Below are positions 33,078 to 45,488 of a DNA stretch of 64,000 bases, in pieces. Position numbers and translations under genes: made by a program. The stretch lies in assembly GCF_003018235.1 (NCBI RefSeq), contig NZ_CP027437.1. One strand, given 5' to 3'. Position 1 is the stretch's first letter. Each line of letters opens with the position of its first letter. Below the pieces are notes generated by a model. That model searched no databases and was not told the origin of the DNA. It saw nothing but the letters and a program-made list of their open reading frames with translations. Source of the stretch: Escherichia coli (lineage in GTDB: Bacteria; Pseudomonadota; Gammaproteobacteria; Enterobacterales; Enterobacteriaceae).

Positions 33078-35336
33078 ATGAGCGATATGGCAGAGCGCCT
33101 TGCGCTACATGAATTTACGGAAAACGCCTATTTAAACTACTCCATGTACGTGATCATGGACCGCGCGTTGCCGTTTATTGGTGATGGTCTGAAACCTGTT
33201 CAGCGCCGCATTGTGTATGCGATGTCTGAGCTGGGCCTGAATGCCAGCGCCAAATTTAAAAAATCGGCCCGTACCGTCGGTGACGTACTGGGTAAATACC
33301 ATCCGCACGGCGATAGCGCCTGTTATGAAGCGATGGTCCTGATGGCGCAGCCGTTCTCTTACCGTTATCCGCTGGTTGATGGTCAGGGGAACTGGGGCGC
33401 GCCGGACGATCCGAAATCGTTCGCGGCAATGCGTTACACCGAATCCCGGTTGTCGAAATATTCCGAGCTGCTATTGAGCGAGCTGGGGCAGGGGACGGCT
33501 GACTGGGTACCAAACTTCGACGGCACTTTGCAGGAGCCGAAAATGCTACCTGCCCGTCTGCCAAACATTTTGCTTAACGGCACCACCGGTATTGCCGTCG
33601 GCATGGCGACCGATATTCCACCGCATAACCTGCGTGAAGTGGCTCAGGCGGCAATCGCATTAATCGACCAGCCGAAAACCACGCTCGACCAGCTGCTGGA
33701 TATCGTGCAGGGGCCGGATTATCCGACTGAAGCGGAAATTATCACTTCGCGCGCCGAGATCCGTAAAATCTACGAGAACGGACGTGGTTCAGTGCGTATG
33801 CGCGCGGTGTGGAAGAAAGAAGATGGCGCGGTGGTTATCAGCGCATTGCCGCATCAGGTTTCAGGTGCGCGCGTACTGGAGCAAATTGCTGCGCAAATGC
33901 GCAACAAAAAGCTGCCGATGGTTGACGATCTGCGCGATGAATCTGACCACGAGAACCCGACTCGTCTGGTGATTGTGCCGCGTTCCAACCGCGTGGATAT
34001 GGATCAGGTGATGAACCACCTCTTCGCAACCACCGATCTGGAAAAGAGCTATCGTATTAACCTCAATATGATCGGTCTGGATGGTCGTCCGGCGGTGAAA
34101 AACCTGCTGGAAATTCTCTCCGAATGGCTGGTGTTCCGCCGCGATACCGTGCGCCGCCGACTGAACTATCGTCTGGAGAAAGTCCTCAAGCGCCTGCATA
34201 TCCTCGAAGGTTTGCTGGTGGCGTTTCTCAATATCGACGAAGTGATTGAGATCATTCGTAATGAAGATGAACCGAAACCGGCGCTGATGTCGCGGTTTGG
34301 CCTTACGGAAACCCAGGCGGAAGCGATCCTCGAACTGAAACTGCGTCATCTTGCCAAACTGGAAGAGATGAAGATTCGCGGTGAGCAGAGTGAGCTGGAA
34401 AAAGAGCGCGACCAGTTGCAGGGCATTTTGGCTTCCGAGCGTAAAATGAATAACCTGCTGAAGAAAGAACTGCAGGCAGACGCGCAAGCCTACGGTGACG
34501 AACGTCGTTCGCCGTTGCAGGAACGCGAAGAAGCGAAAGCGATGAGCGAGCACGACATGCTGCCGTCTGAACCTGTCACCATTGTGCTGTCGCAGATGGG
34601 CTGGGTACGCAGCGCTAAAGGCCATGATATCGACGCGCCGGGCCTGAATTATAAAGCGGGCGATAGCTTCAAAGCGGCGGTGAAAGGTAAGAGCAACCAA
34701 CCGGTAGTGTTTGTTGATTCCACCGGTCGTAGCTATGCCATCGACCCGATTACGCTGCCGTCGGCGCGTGGTCAGGGCGAGCCGCTCACCGGCAAATTAA
34801 CGTTGCCGCCTGGAGCGACCGTTGACCATATGCTGATGGAAAGCGACGATCAGAAACTGCTGATGGCTTCCGATGCGGGTTACGGTTTCGTCTGCACTTT
34901 TAACGATCTGGTGGCGCGTAACCGTGCAGGTAAGGCTTTGATCACCTTACCGGAAAATGCCCATGTTATGCCGCCGGTGGTGATTGAAGATGCTTCTGAT
35001 ATGCTGCTGGCAATCACTCAGGCAGGCCGTATGTTGATGTTCCCGGTAAGCGATCTGCCGCAGCTGTCGAAGGGCAAAGGCAACAAGATTATCAACATTC
35101 CATCGGCAGAAGCCGCGCGTGGAGAAGATGGTCTGGCGCAACTGTACGTTCTGCCGCCGCAAAGCACGCTGACCATTCATGTTGGGAAACGCAAAATTAA
35201 ACTGCGTCCGGAAGAGCTACAGAAAGTCACTGGCGAACGTGGACGCCGCGGTACGTTGATGCGCGGTTTGCAGCGTATCGATCGTGTTGAGATCGACTCT
35301 CCTCGCCGTGCCAGCAGCGGTGATAGCGAAGAGTAA
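33078..35336 (+). CDS. parC: ParC, topoisomerase IV subunit A
   Basis: 752-aa ORF matching ParC. Confidence 0.95.
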
Positions 35337-35377
35337 TATGCCGGGGAGGGCGCTGTTTCCTCCCGCTTGCAAGGAAC

Positions 35378-35407
35378 GCCGGATGAAACGTTAAGTCGTC
35401 ATCCGGC
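35378..35407. repeat. REP-like imperfect palindrome in the parC-plsC spacer
   Basis: GCCGGATGAAACG...CGTCATCCGGC. Confidence 0.35.
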
Positions 35408-35569
35408 AGCGTATTCAACCCCCGGAAACGATAAAAATTCCCTTGAAACCGTTGTTTATTCATGCGTTGCGATTAACAATACGCTTTTCCAGAGAGCGGC
35501 TTTTAACAATGCCCTAACCTGATTTCAGGTGACGTACAATGCCAGTCTCTCAGACCTTCAGAGGGTGTT

Positions 35570-36307
35570 ATGCTATATATCTTTCGTCTTATTATTACCG
35601 TGATTTACAGCATCTTAGTCTGTGTATTCGGCTCCATTTACTGCCTTTTCAGCCCGCGTAACCCGAAACATGTGGCCACCTTTGGGCATATGTTTGGTCG
35701 TCTTGCACCGCTGTTCGGCCTGAAAGTTGAGTGCCGCAAACCTGCGGATGCTGAAAGCTACGGCAATGCTATTTATATCGCTAACCACCAGAACAACTAT
35801 GACATGGTGACAGCATCGAACATTGTGCAACCGCCGACGGTGACGGTAGGTAAAAAGAGCTTGCTGTGGATCCCCTTCTTCGGGCAGTTGTACTGGTTAA
35901 CCGGCAACTTATTGATCGACAGAAACAATCGCACTAAAGCTCACGGCACTATTGCGGAAGTCGTGAATCACTTCAAAAAACGCCGCATTTCCATCTGGAT
36001 GTTCCCGGAAGGAACTCGCAGCCGTGGTCGCGGCCTGCTACCGTTCAAGACCGGGGCATTTCACGCGGCAATTGCGGCGGGCGTCCCGATTATTCCCGTG
36101 TGCGTCTCTACAACTTCGAATAAGATTAATCTTAATCGTCTACACAACGGTCTGGTGATTGTCGAAATGCTGCCACCAATTGACGTCAGTCAGTATGGCA
36201 AAGATCAGGTTCGCGAGTTGGCTGCCCATTGTCGTTCGATAATGGAACAAAAAATCGCTGAGCTCGATAAAGAAGTCGCAGAGCGCGAAGCCGCCGGAAA
36301 AGTTTAA
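35570..36307 (+). CDS. plsC: PlsC, 1-acyl-sn-glycerol-3-phosphate acyltransferase
   Basis: 245-aa ORF with HxxxxD and PEGTR acyltransferase motifs. Confidence 0.9.
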   Translation: MLYIFRLIITVIYSILVCVFGSIYCLFSPRNPKHVATFGHMFGRLAPLFGLKVECRKPADAESYGNAIYIANHQNNYDMVTASNIVQPPTVTVGKKSLLWIPFFGQLYWLTGNLLIDRNNRTKAHGTIAEVVNHFKKRRISIWMFPEGTRSRGRGLLPFKTGAFHAAIAAGVPIIPVCVSTTSNKINLNRLHNGLVIVEMLPPIDVSQYGKDQVRELAAHCRSIMEQKIAELDKEVAEREAAGKV

Positions 36308-36381
36308 GTCGGCAATCTGTATTTTTGCGGGGAACACTTTCCTGCACGGTATTACTTTAGCCAGTTTTACATGGAGCAAAT

Positions 36382-37794
36382 ATGTCACTCAGTCGGCGTC
36401 AGTTCATTCAGGCATCGGGGATTGCACTTTGTGCAGGCGCTGTTCCCCTGAAGGCCAGCGGAGCCGGGCAACAGCAACCGCTACCCGTTCCGCCGCTGCT
36501 TGAATCTCGCCGTGGGCAACCGCTGTTTATGACTGTACAACGTGCGCACTGGTCATTTACGCCAGGGACACGCGCGTCGGTTTGGGGAATCAATGGTCGT
36601 TACCTGGGGCCGACTATCCGCGTCTGGAAGGGCGACGATGTTAAGCTTATTTACAGCAACCGCCTGACAGAAAATGTCTCAATGACGGTGGCCGGGCTAC
36701 AGGTACCTGGCCCGCTGATGGGCGGTCCGGCACGCATGATGTCGCCAAACGCTGACTGGGCACCCGTACTGCCTATTCGCCAGAACGCAGCTACTCTGTG
36801 GTATCACGCCAATACTCCCAACCGCACGGCTCAGCAGGTCTATAACGGCCTTGCCGGAATGTGGCTGGTGGAAGATGAAGTCAGCAAGTCGCTGCCTATC
36901 CCCAACCATTATGGTGTGGATGATTTTCCGGTCATTATCCAGGATAAACGGCTGGACAACTTTGGTACGCCAGAATACAACGAACCGGGAAGCGGCGGCT
37001 TTGTTGGTGACACACTGCTGGTTAACGGTGTACAAAGCCCGTACGTTGAAGTCTCGCGTGGCTGGGTGCGCTTGCGTCTGTTGAACGCGTCGAACTCTCG
37101 ACGCTATCAACTACAGATGAGCGATGGTCGCCCGTTACATGTGATTTCTGGCGATCAGGGATTCCTGCCCGCTCCTGTATCGGTGAAGCAACTTTCGCTA
37201 GCACCGGGCGAGCGTCGTGAGATTCTGGTGGATATGAGCAACGGTGATGAAGTGTCGATCACCTGTGGCGAAGCGGCGAGCATTGTTGATCGTATTCGTG
37301 GCTTCTTTGAGCCATCCAGCATTCTGGTTTCTACGCTGGTGCTAACGCTGCGCCCAACCGGCCTTCTGCCGCTGGTCACAGACAGTCTTCCGATGCGCTT
37401 GCTGCCAACTGAAATCATGGCTGGTTCGCCGATTCGCAGTCGTGATATCAGTCTGGGTGATGACCCGGGTATTAATGGACAACTGTGGGACGTTAACCGT
37501 ATTGATGTCACCGCGCAGCAAGGAACGTGGGAACGCTGGACGGTACGCGCGGACGAGCCGCAAGCGTTCCATATTGAAGGCGTGATGTTCCAGATCCGTA
37601 ACGTGAATGGCGCGATGCCGTTCCCGGAGGACAGAGGCTGGAAAGATACCGTTTGGGTTGACGGACAAGTGGAGCTGCTGGTTTATTTCGGTCAGCCTTC
37701 CTGGGCGCACTTCCCGTTCTACTTCAACAGTCAGACGCTGGAAATGGCGGACCGTGGCTCGATAGGGCAACTGTTGGTCAATCCGGTACCGTAA
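36382..37794 (+). CDS. ftsP: FtsP (SufI), Tat-exported multicopper-oxidase-like divisome protein
   Basis: 470-aa ORF with twin-arginine signal SRRQFIQ. Confidence 0.9.
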   Translation: MSLSRRQFIQASGIALCAGAVPLKASGAGQQQPLPVPPLLESRRGQPLFMTVQRAHWSFTPGTRASVWGINGRYLGPTIRVWKGDDVKLIYSNRLTENVSMTVAGLQVPGPLMGGPARMMSPNADWAPVLPIRQNAATLWYHANTPNRTAQQVYNGLAGMWLVEDEVSKSLPIPNHYGVDDFPVIIQDKRLDNFGTPEYNEPGSGGFVGDTLLVNGVQSPYVEVSRGWVRLRLLNASNSRRYQLQMSDGRPLHVISGDQGFLPAPVSVKQLSLAPGERREILVDMSNGDEVSITCGEAASIVDRIRGFFEPSSILVSTLVLTLRPTGLLPLVTDSLPMRLLPTEIMAGSPIRSRDISLGDDPGINGQLWDVNRIDVTAQQGTWERWTVRADEPQAFHIEGVMFQIRNVNGAMPFPEDRGWKDTVWVDGQVELLVYFGQPSWAHFPFYFNSQTLEMADRGSIGQLLVNPVP

Positions 37795-37904
37795 TCTTCA
37801 TACTCGCCCGAGGAGGGCGAGTATGGAATACCTTTCGATTTCTCTTTCGTTCCGGCTTATAATCCCCGGCCTTTGATTATTTTTTTATCATTTCTGGAAG
37901 CAAA

Positions 37905-40124
37905 ATGAGCTCTATCTCCCTGATCCAACCGGATCGCGACCTGTTCTCCTGGCCGCAGTACTGGGCCGCCTGTTTTGGACCGGCACCGTTTTTGCCGATG
38001 TCTCGTGAAGAGATGGATCAACTTGGCTGGGATAGCTGCGACATCATTTTGGTTACTGGCGACGCGTATGTCGATCACCCAAGCTTCGGGATGGCGATTT
38101 GCGGTCGTATGCTGGAAGCGCAGGGCTTTCGCGTCGGGATCATCGCCCAGCCGGACTGGAGCAGCAAAGACGACTTTATGCGTCTGGGTAAACCGAATCT
38201 GTTTTTTGGTGTTACTGCTGGCAACATGGATTCGATGATCAACCGCTATACCGCCGATCGCCGTTTACGTCATGACGATGCCTACACGCCGGATAACGTC
38301 GCGGGTAAGCGACCGGATCGCGCCACACTGGTTTATACCCAGCGTTGTAAAGAGGCGTGGAAAGATGTGCCGGTGATCCTCGGCGGTATTGAGGCTAGTC
38401 TGCGCCGTACCGCGCATTATGATTACTGGTCCGATACCGTGCGCCGTTCCGTGCTGGTGGATTCCAAAGCCGACATGCTGATGTTCGGTAACGGTGAGCG
38501 TCCGTTGGTGGAGGTGGCGCACCGTCTGGCGATGGGCGAGCCGATTAGTGAAATCCGCGATGTGCGTAATACTGCGATTATCGTAAAAGAGGCGTTGCCA
38601 GGCTGGAGCGGCGTGGATTCCACCCGTCTCGATACCCCAGGGAAAATCGACCCGATCCCGCATCCGTATGGCGAAGATCTGCCGTGCGCGGATAACAAAC
38701 CTGTTGCGCCGAAAAAGCAGGAAGCGAAAGCCGTAACCGTGCAGCCGCCGCGCCCGAAACCGTGGGAAAAAACCTACGTATTGCTGCCTTCTTTCGAGAA
38801 AGTGAAGGGCGATAAAGTGCTGTACGCCCATGCTTCGCGTATTCTGCACCACGAAACTAACCCAGGCTGCGCCCGCGCATTGATGCAAAAACATGGCGAC
38901 CGCTATGTGTGGATCAACCCGCCTGCTATTCCGCTCTCTACCGAAGAGATGGACAGCGTTTTTGCGCTGCCGTACAAGCGCGTGCCGCATCCGGCCTATG
39001 GCAATGCTCGTATTCCGGCTTACGAAATGATCCGTTTCTCGGTCAACATTATGCGTGGCTGCTTTGGCGGCTGCTCTTTCTGTTCTATCACCGAGCACGA
39101 AGGGCGCATTATTCAGAGCCGTTCGGAAGATTCGATCATCAATGAGATCGAAGCGATCCGCGACACCGTTCCAGGTTTTACGGGCGTAATTTCCGATCTC
39201 GGTGGGCCAACTGCCAACATGTATATGTTGCGCTGCAAATCGCCACGCGCTGAGCAAACCTGCCGTCGTTTGTCGTGCGTTTATCCGGATATTTGTCCGC
39301 ATATGGACACTAACCACGAACCGACGATCAACCTCTATCGCCGTGCGCGTGATCTGAAAGGCATTAAAAAGATCCTGATCGCTTCCGGCGTACGTTATGA
39401 CATAGCCGTGGAAGATCCGCGCTATATCAAAGAGCTGGCGACCCATCACGTCGGCGGTTATCTGAAGATTGCCCCGGAACATACCGAAGAAGGGCCGTTG
39501 TCGAAGATGATGAAGCCGGGTATGGGCAGCTATGACCGCTTTAAAGAGTTGTTCGATACCTACTCGAAACAGGCAGGTAAAGAGCAGTATTTGATCCCGT
39601 ATTTCATCTCGGCACACCCCGGTACGCGCGATGAAGATATGGTGAATCTGGCGCTGTGGCTGAAAAAGCACCGCTTCCGCCTCGACCAGGTACAGAACTT
39701 CTACCCGTCGCCGCTGGCTAACTCGACCACTATGTATTACACCGGCAAAAACCCGCTGGCGAAGATTGGTTATAAAAGTGAAGACGTCTTTGTACCGAAG
39801 GGCGACAAGCAGCGTCGCCTGCATAAAGCGTTGTTGCGTTACCACGATCCGGCAAACTGGCCGTTAATCCGCCAGGCGCTAGAAGCGATGGGCAAAAAGC
39901 ATCTGATTGGCAGCCGTCGCGATTGCTTAGTGCCTGCGCCAACCATTGAAGAGATGCGTGAGGCTCGTCGCCAGAACCGCAATACCCGTCCGGCGTTGAC
40001 TAAACATACGCCGATGGCGACCCAGCGTCAGACGCCTGCTACGGCAAAAAAAGCGTCGTCTACGCAATCTCGTCCGGTGAATGCTGGTGTGAAGAAACGC
40101 CCTAAAGCGGCGGTTGGACGTTAA
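37905..40124 (+). CDS. ygiQ: YgiQ, UPF0313 radical SAM protein
   Basis: 739-aa ORF with a cysteine cluster (CFGGCSFC) and basic C-terminal tail. Confidence 0.85.
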   Translation: MSSISLIQPDRDLFSWPQYWAACFGPAPFLPMSREEMDQLGWDSCDIILVTGDAYVDHPSFGMAICGRMLEAQGFRVGIIAQPDWSSKDDFMRLGKPNLFFGVTAGNMDSMINRYTADRRLRHDDAYTPDNVAGKRPDRATLVYTQRCKEAWKDVPVILGGIEASLRRTAHYDYWSDTVRRSVLVDSKADMLMFGNGERPLVEVAHRLAMGEPISEIRDVRNTAIIVKEALPGWSGVDSTRLDTPGKIDPIPHPYGEDLPCADNKPVAPKKQEAKAVTVQPPRPKPWEKTYVLLPSFEKVKGDKVLYAHASRILHHETNPGCARALMQKHGDRYVWINPPAIPLSTEEMDSVFALPYKRVPHPAYGNARIPAYEMIRFSVNIMRGCFGGCSFCSITEHEGRIIQSRSEDSIINEIEAIRDTVPGFTGVISDLGGPTANMYMLRCKSPRAEQTCRRLSCVYPDICPHMDTNHEPTINLYRRARDLKGIKKILIASGVRYDIAVEDPRYIKELATHHVGGYLKIAPEHTEEGPLSKMMKPGMGSYDRFKELFDTYSKQAGKEQYLIPYFISAHPGTRDEDMVNLALWLKKHRFRLDQVQNFYPSPLANSTTMYYTGKNPLAKIGYKSEDVFVPKGDKQRRLHKALLRYHDPANWPLIRQALEAMGKKHLIGSRRDCLVPAPTIEEMREARRQNRNTRPALTKHTPMATQRQTPATAKKASSTQSRPVNAGVKKRPKAAVGR

Positions 40125-40132
40125 AAAATATC

Positions 40133-40164
40133 CCCGGTAACAGAATGCTACCGGGAATTTTTTT
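40133..40164. terminator. Rho-independent terminator between convergent ygiQ and yqhH
   Basis: Stem CCCGGTA / TACCGGG followed by AATTTTTTT. Confidence 0.6.
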
Positions 40165-40165
40165 A

Positions 40166-40423
40166 TCATTCTGCGTACATACGCAAGCAGCGCAGGCAAT
40201 CAAAATAGTCCTGAGCATCAAGACGCGTATTGGCTCTGTTAGCGTCGGATTTGGCAGCATAGATTTGTGGGCGTAATGCTTTCATATCCTGCTCAAGCCG
40301 GGCGATTTTGGCATTTAATGTTTGCACATTGCTCGCCAGCTGATTGACCTTTTGCTCATTGACGCAGCCACTGAGCAAGCAGGTTGCCAGAACAACAGCT
40401 CCCACGGTGAAAATCGTTTTCAT
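40166..40423 (-). CDS. yqhH: YqhH, Lpp-paralog outer membrane lipoprotein
   Basis: 85-aa ORF with lipobox LSGC and Lpp-like coiled coil. Confidence 0.75.
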   Translation of the reverse strand: MKTIFTVGAVVLATCLLSGCVNEQKVNQLASNVQTLNAKIARLEQDMKALRPQIYAAKSDANRANTRLDAQDYFDCLRCLRMYAE

Positions 40424-40473
40424 ATAGTGTTCCCTTTTATTTATTGTTCCGGCTAATTGTTATTTAACTCAGC

Positions 40474-41400
40474 TCATTGTTTTAATCTGGCGGCGGTTTT
40501 TGCCTCAATCTGCTTAAGTAGGCTGCCGCTGTTCGGGCGGATAAAATCAGCGATTTCCCACTTACCTTCGCGCCGCTGTAAAATCAGTTCTTGCTCTTCG
40601 TTGTTGCCATTGGTCAGCGTAAAACGAACATGAATGCGGGCGGAATCGGTGGTTTTCTCCAGGACTCGAATTTCATCAACGCGGGAAAATAACGACTCTT
40701 CGCCAAAACAGATCGGATTGTCGTAAATAAATTGCCGTTCTATTTGCATATCTTCATCGGGATTGTTGGCAGTCTTGAAGGTGGTTTTATAGAAGGCATT
40801 GACCGCCTGGCGGTAAGAGTCGGAAACCACCCACGTCCACGGCCAGCTATAATCAGCAATATGTTCAAAGAGTTCGGCAACAAAGGCTTCCGGCTGTTCT
40901 TTTTGCAACGAAGCTATAGCGGCCAGCGTTTTTTCATTCTCGCTATTAACTGCTTGTAAGACGCTGCCATGATTGCTGACAATATCGTCAATGACCCAAC
41001 GACCATTTTCCGCCACCATTTTCAGTGTCTGCATGGTCTTTTCTTTGTCGTCTTTAAAGATACGAAAGCGCACAACGGCATCGGCATGATCGGCGTCAGG
41101 TTGTGTTATCGCTACGCTTTCTAACACCAGATCGCCAAAATCCTGACAATCACAAACCGGATCATAATCCAGCCAGCCAATATTGCCCGGTAGTGTAAGA
41201 TTGTCGTTCAGCGTAAGCGCCTGTTGAATACGCGCAGAAGTTATCGCTCGCTCCCCGGTTTCACCAAAATAAGGCGTACTGGCATCTGATTTATAGTTCT
41301 GATAAATCTGCCGGACTGTTTGTTCTACGGTCTGTGAAGGAGGCTGCGCCTGTACGGTAAAACTTGCCAGGGCTGCTAAAAACAGAAGTATTATTTTCAT
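40474..41400 (-). CDS. yqhG: YqhG, DUF3828 periplasmic protein
   Basis: 308-aa ORF with signal peptide in the position of K-12 yqhG. Confidence 0.8.
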   Translation of the reverse strand: MKIILLFLAALASFTVQAQPPSQTVEQTVRQIYQNYKSDASTPYFGETGERAITSARIQQALTLNDNLTLPGNIGWLDYDPVCDCQDFGDLVLESVAITQPDADHADAVVRFRIFKDDKEKTMQTLKMVAENGRWVIDDIVSNHGSVLQAVNSENEKTLAAIASLQKEQPEAFVAELFEHIADYSWPWTWVVSDSYRQAVNAFYKTTFKTANNPDEDMQIERQFIYDNPICFGEESLFSRVDEIRVLEKTTDSARIHVRFTLTNGNNEEQELILQRREGKWEIADFIRPNSGSLLKQIEAKTAARLKQ

Positions 41401-41599
41401 CTGTTTTTCACCTCTCCGTTGCGTTTATCCCGGGTGTAGATGAATTGTTCCTTTAAGAGCTTCCGGCTCTGCATGATGATATCCTTATATTTGGCATTCC
41501 TGAACAAGGAAGAGTAACAATGGGCAGGACGCGAGGGGAATAAATGATTTCTGAAAAGTCCGGTAGCGGAACATTACCGCCACCGGGAGAATTTGCACG

Positions 41600-42427
41600 T
41601 TAGCCGCCAAACTGGTCAGGATCGGGACCGAGACGCTTGCCCTGATCGAGTTTTGCAATTTCGCCGAGTTCGTCTTTGTCGAGACGGAAATCCCAGACAT
41701 CAAAGTTTTCGGCAATACGTGAAGGTGTGACCGATTTCGGGATCACCACCAGGCCGCTATCCAGATGCCAGCGGATAACAATCTGCGCCGGGGTTTTGCC
41801 GTATTTATCTGCCAGATCGCGAATGACTTTCTGATCGAAAACGCCTTTCCCTCCTTGCGCTAATGGGCTCCAGGATTCGGTCTGGATTTTGTGTGTCGCG
41901 TTCCAGGCATGTAGCTGGCGTTGTTGCATCAGCGGGTGAAGTTCGATCTGGTTTATCACAGGCGTCACGCCAGTTTCATCAATCAGGCGTTGCAAGTGAT
42001 GGATCTGGAAGTTGCACACGCCGATGCTTTTGATTAATCCCTCTTTTTGCAATTCGATCATGCCTTTCCATGCTTCGACATAATGGTCGATAGCGGGAAC
42101 GGGCCAGTGCATTAAGTAGAGGTCGATATAATCAAGCTGGAGTTTTTTCAGGCTGTCGAGCAGGGCTTCGCGGGGGCGCTTGTGGTCGTCGTTCCACAGT
42201 TTAGTGGTGATGAACAGTTCTTCTCTGTTGACTGAGGCATTTTTCAGGGCTTTGCCGACACCTTCTTCGTTCTTATAGGCCGCGGCGGTATCAATCGAGC
42301 GATAACCCACGTCTAACGCTTTTTGAATGGCGGTGATTACTTCCTCATTACTTGCTTGCCAGACGCCCAGTCCCAACTGGGGCATGACATTGCCATCCTG
42401 TAGCTTAATAACGGTTGGATTAGCCAT
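41600..42427 (-). CDS. dkgA: DkgA, 2,5-diketo-D-gluconate reductase A (aldo-keto reductase)
   Basis: 275-aa ORF matching DkgA. Confidence 0.9.
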   Translation of the reverse strand: MANPTVIKLQDGNVMPQLGLGVWQASNEEVITAIQKALDVGYRSIDTAAAYKNEEGVGKALKNASVNREELFITTKLWNDDHKRPREALLDSLKKLQLDYIDLYLMHWPVPAIDHYVEAWKGMIELQKEGLIKSIGVCNFQIHHLQRLIDETGVTPVINQIELHPLMQQRQLHAWNATHKIQTESWSPLAQGGKGVFDQKVIRDLADKYGKTPAQIVIRWHLDSGLVVIPKSVTPSRIAENFDVWDFRLDKDELGEIAKLDQGKRLGPDPDQFGG

Positions 42428-42531
42428 ACGTTCCTCCTTTATATGAACTCACCGGAGCAGGCTCCGGTGAGGTGTTGTGAACTTAAGTCTGGACGAAATG
42501 CCCGAAAACGAAAGTTTGAGGCGTAAAAAGC

Positions 42532-43695
42532 TTAGCGGGCGGCTTCGTATATACGGCGGCTGACATCCAGCGTAATGTCATGATTTTCGCCCAGTTGGGT
42601 CATACCGTGCTCTTCCAGTTTTTTCAACAAAGCCGGGATGGAGCTGCCGTCCAGACCGTAGTCGGAGAGGTGGGTCGGCACGCCTAATTGCTCAAAGAAA
42701 TTGCGGGTTGCGGCAATCGCGGCGTCAATACGCTCATCGTCGGAACCTTCTGTGATGTTCCAGACGCGTTCAGCATATTGCAGCAGCTTAGCGCGCTTGG
42801 TATCGCGTTTTTCATTCCACAGTGCAGGCAGGACGATAGCCAGTGTTTGTGCGTGATCCAGACCGTGCATCGCAGTCAGTTCGTGGCCTAGCATATGCGT
42901 TGCCCAGTCCTGCGGTACGCCAGCGCCAATCAAACCGTTCAGCGCCTGAGTCGCCGCCCACATAACGTTGGCGCGCACATCGTAGTTTTCTGGCTCTTTC
43001 AGGGCTTTCGGACCATCTTCGATCAGCGTCAACAAAATGCCTTCTGCGAAACGGTCCTGAATTTTGGCATCAACCGGTTTGGTAACATACTGTTCCACGG
43101 TGTGCACAAAGGCATCCACTACACCGTTAGCCACCTGACGCGGCGGCAGAGTGTAGGTATAAACCGGATCGAGCACGGCAAATACGGGTTGAACATGGGC
43201 AGAATGGAATGCCTGCTTGTCGCCTGTGGTTTTACGGGAGATCACCGCGCCTGCGTTGGATTCTGAACCGGTTGCTGGCAGCGTCAGCACACAGCCCATC
43301 GGGATGGCGCTTTTAATTTCTTTACCGCCCGTTTGTAGAATGTGCCACGGATCGATATTTTCCGGATAATTAGCCGCTGCGGCGATAAATTTGGTGCCGT
43401 CCAGTACAGAACCGCCGCCAACCGCCAGCAGGAAAGTCACTTTTTGTTCGCGAACCAGTTTCACGGCGTTCATCAGCGTTTCATAAGCCGGGTTTGGCTC
43501 AATACCGCCAAATTCCAGCACGTCCATGCCTTTCAGGGCATCCAGAACTTGATCGAGAACGCCGGTTTTTTTCACGCTGCCGCCGCCGTAGGTAATCAAT
43601 ACGCGAGCATCGTGAGGAATTTGTTCGCGTAAACCAGCGATTGCGCCTTTACCAAAAAGAATGCGGGTTGGGGTGTGCAGATTAAAGTTGTTCAT
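42532..43695 (-). CDS. yqhD: YqhD, NADPH-dependent aldehyde reductase
   Basis: 387 aa from [17 protein letters not shown]; start at internal Met of the longer ORF. Confidence 0.9.
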   Translation of the reverse strand: MNNFNLHTPTRILFGKGAIAGLREQIPHDARVLITYGGGSVKKTGVLDQVLDALKGMDVLEFGGIEPNPAYETLMNAVKLVREQKVTFLLAVGGGSVLDGTKFIAAAANYPENIDPWHILQTGGKEIKSAIPMGCVLTLPATGSESNAGAVISRKTTGDKQAFHSAHVQPVFAVLDPVYTYTLPPRQVANGVVDAFVHTVEQYVTKPVDAKIQDRFAEGILLTLIEDGPKALKEPENYDVRANVMWAATQALNGLIGAGVPQDWATHMLGHELTAMHGLDHAQTLAIVLPALWNEKRDTKRAKLLQYAERVWNITEGSDDERIDAAIAATRNFFEQLGVPTHLSDYGLDGSSIPALLKKLEEHGMTQLGENHDITLDVSRRIYEAAR

Positions 43696-43831
43696 TACTT
43701 GCTCCCTTTGCTGGGTCAATATGAGGGCAGAGAACGATCTGCCTGATGTTTTTCATTGTGGTCGCCAGCGCCGTACCTCTCAATGCTCATTTCTGCCAAT
43801 GTCTTGCCTATTTCTCCAGAGTGCTGGAGAA

Positions 43832-44788
43832 ATGCTACAAAATTGCGCACAATCAAATTGCCGCATTATTCCTAAGAAATTACGCGATATGAAACGTGAA
43901 GAGATTTGCCGCTTGCTGGCGGATAAAGTTAATAAACTGAAAAATAAAGAAAATGAATTGTCAGAGCTGTTGCCCGATGTGCGTTTGTTGTATGGCGAGA
44001 CGCCTTTCGCACGTACACCGGTAATGTACGAGCCTGGCATCATAATTCTCTTTTCCGGGCATAAAATCGGTTATATCAATGAACGCGTGTTTCGTTATGA
44101 TGCCAATGAATACCTGCTGCTGACGGTGCCGTTGCCGTTTGAGTGCGAAACCTATGCCACGTCAGAGGTGCCGCTGGCAGGGTTGCGTCTCAATGTCGAT
44201 ATTTTGCAGTTACAGGAACTGTTGATGGACATTGGCGAAGATGAGCATTTCCAGCCGTCGATGGCAGCCAGCGGGATTAACTCCGCCACGTTATCAGAAG
44301 AGATTTTATGCGCGGCGGAGCGGTTACTCGACGTGATGGAGCGACCACTGGATGCGCGTATTCTCGGCAAACAGATCATCCGTGAAATTCTGTACTACGT
44401 GCTGATCGGACCTTGCGGCGGCGCGTTACTGGCGCTGGTCAGTCGCCAGACTCACTTCAGCCTGATTAGCCGCGTGCTGAAACGGATTGAGAATAAATAC
44501 ACCGAAAACCTGAGCGTCGAGCAACTGGCGGCAGAAGCCAACATGAGCGTATCGGCGTTCCACCATAATTTTAAGTCTGTCACTAGCACCTCGCCGTTGC
44601 AGTATTTGAAGAATTACCGTCTGCATAAGGCGCGGATGATGATTATCCACGACGGCATGAAAGCCAGTGCGGCAGCGATGCGCGTCGGTTACGAAAGCGC
44701 ATCGCAATTTAGCCGTGAGTTTAAACGTTACTTTGGTGTGACGCCGGGGGAAGATGCGGCAAGAATGCGGGCGATGCAGGGGAATTAA
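43832..44788 (+). CDS. yqhC: YqhC, AraC-family regulator of yqhD-dkgA
   Basis: 318 aa from [13 protein letters not shown]... with C-terminal AraC HTH; divergent from yqhD. Confidence 0.85.
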   Translation: MLQNCAQSNCRIIPKKLRDMKREEICRLLADKVNKLKNKENELSELLPDVRLLYGETPFARTPVMYEPGIIILFSGHKIGYINERVFRYDANEYLLLTVPLPFECETYATSEVPLAGLRLNVDILQLQELLMDIGEDEHFQPSMAASGINSATLSEEILCAAERLLDVMERPLDARILGKQIIREILYYVLIGPCGGALLALVSRQTHFSLISRVLKRIENKYTENLSVEQLAAEANMSVSAFHHNFKSVTSTSPLQYLKNYRLHKARMMIIHDGMKASAAAMRVGYESASQFSREFKRYFGVTPGEDAARMRAMQGN

Positions 44789-44792
44789 ATAC

Positions 44793-44816
44793 GTTCCCGG
44801 TACAGCAACCGGGAAC
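44793..44816. terminator. Hairpin between convergent yqhC and yghB
   Basis: Stem GTTCCCGGT / ACCGGGAAC, 6-nt loop; no strong T-run. Confidence 0.35.
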
Positions 44817-44834
44817 GGGGAAAATCGTCAGGCG

Positions 44835-45488
44835 TTACAGTATTTTTTTTTTAATCACCACAAACAGCGTGCCTAACAAGCCAGCGGTTAACAAGGCAAT
44901 TGGCAGGATCATCAGGAACGTCATTACCTGATCTTCATGGCGTTTAACGAACGGAATCATACTTAAGGCATAGCCGAAACTGGTTACCACGCTGACCCAC
45001 AGCAATCCGCTTAACCAGTTGAAAAACTGGAAACGGCGGTTTGGCAAACCGGAAATTCCCGCCATGGTTGGCAGCAGCGTACGGACAAATGCAAGAAAAC
45101 GTCCAGCCAGCAGCGCCAACAGACCGTGGCGGTCAAACATGCAGGTGGCGCGCTGGTGATATTTAGCGGGAAGCTGTGCCAGCCAGCCTTTCACCGTTTT
45201 GGTATTCCCTAACCAGCGCCCCTGAATATAACTTAACCAGCAGCCCAGACTTGCTGCGGCGGTCAGAATCGCAATCGTAGGCAGAAAATCCATAACCCCC
45301 TGGGCAATCAATGCGCCAGCCAATATCAACAAGCTGTCGCCTGGCAAAAATGAGGCGGGCAGCAGGCCGTTTTCTAAAAACAGCGTGGCAAACATGACAA
45401 AGTAAACAACGCTAACAATATGAGGATCCGCCAGCGCGGCAAAGTCGTGTTGCCAGAGCGCAGCGATGATATCTTGAATAACAGCCAT
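44835..45488 (-). CDS. yghB: YghB, DedA-family inner membrane protein
   Basis: 217-aa multi-TM ORF matching YghB. Confidence 0.85.

Noticed and set aside
33861-34700. 279-aa minus-strand ORF inside parC
   Set aside because: Antisense to parC; composition bias; no independent signals.
38265-39845. 526-aa minus-strand ORF inside ygiQ
   Set aside because: Entirely antisense to a well-supported radical SAM gene; His/Arg/Phe-rich low-complexity translation typical of a spurious antisense ORF in GC-rich coding sequence; no RBS.
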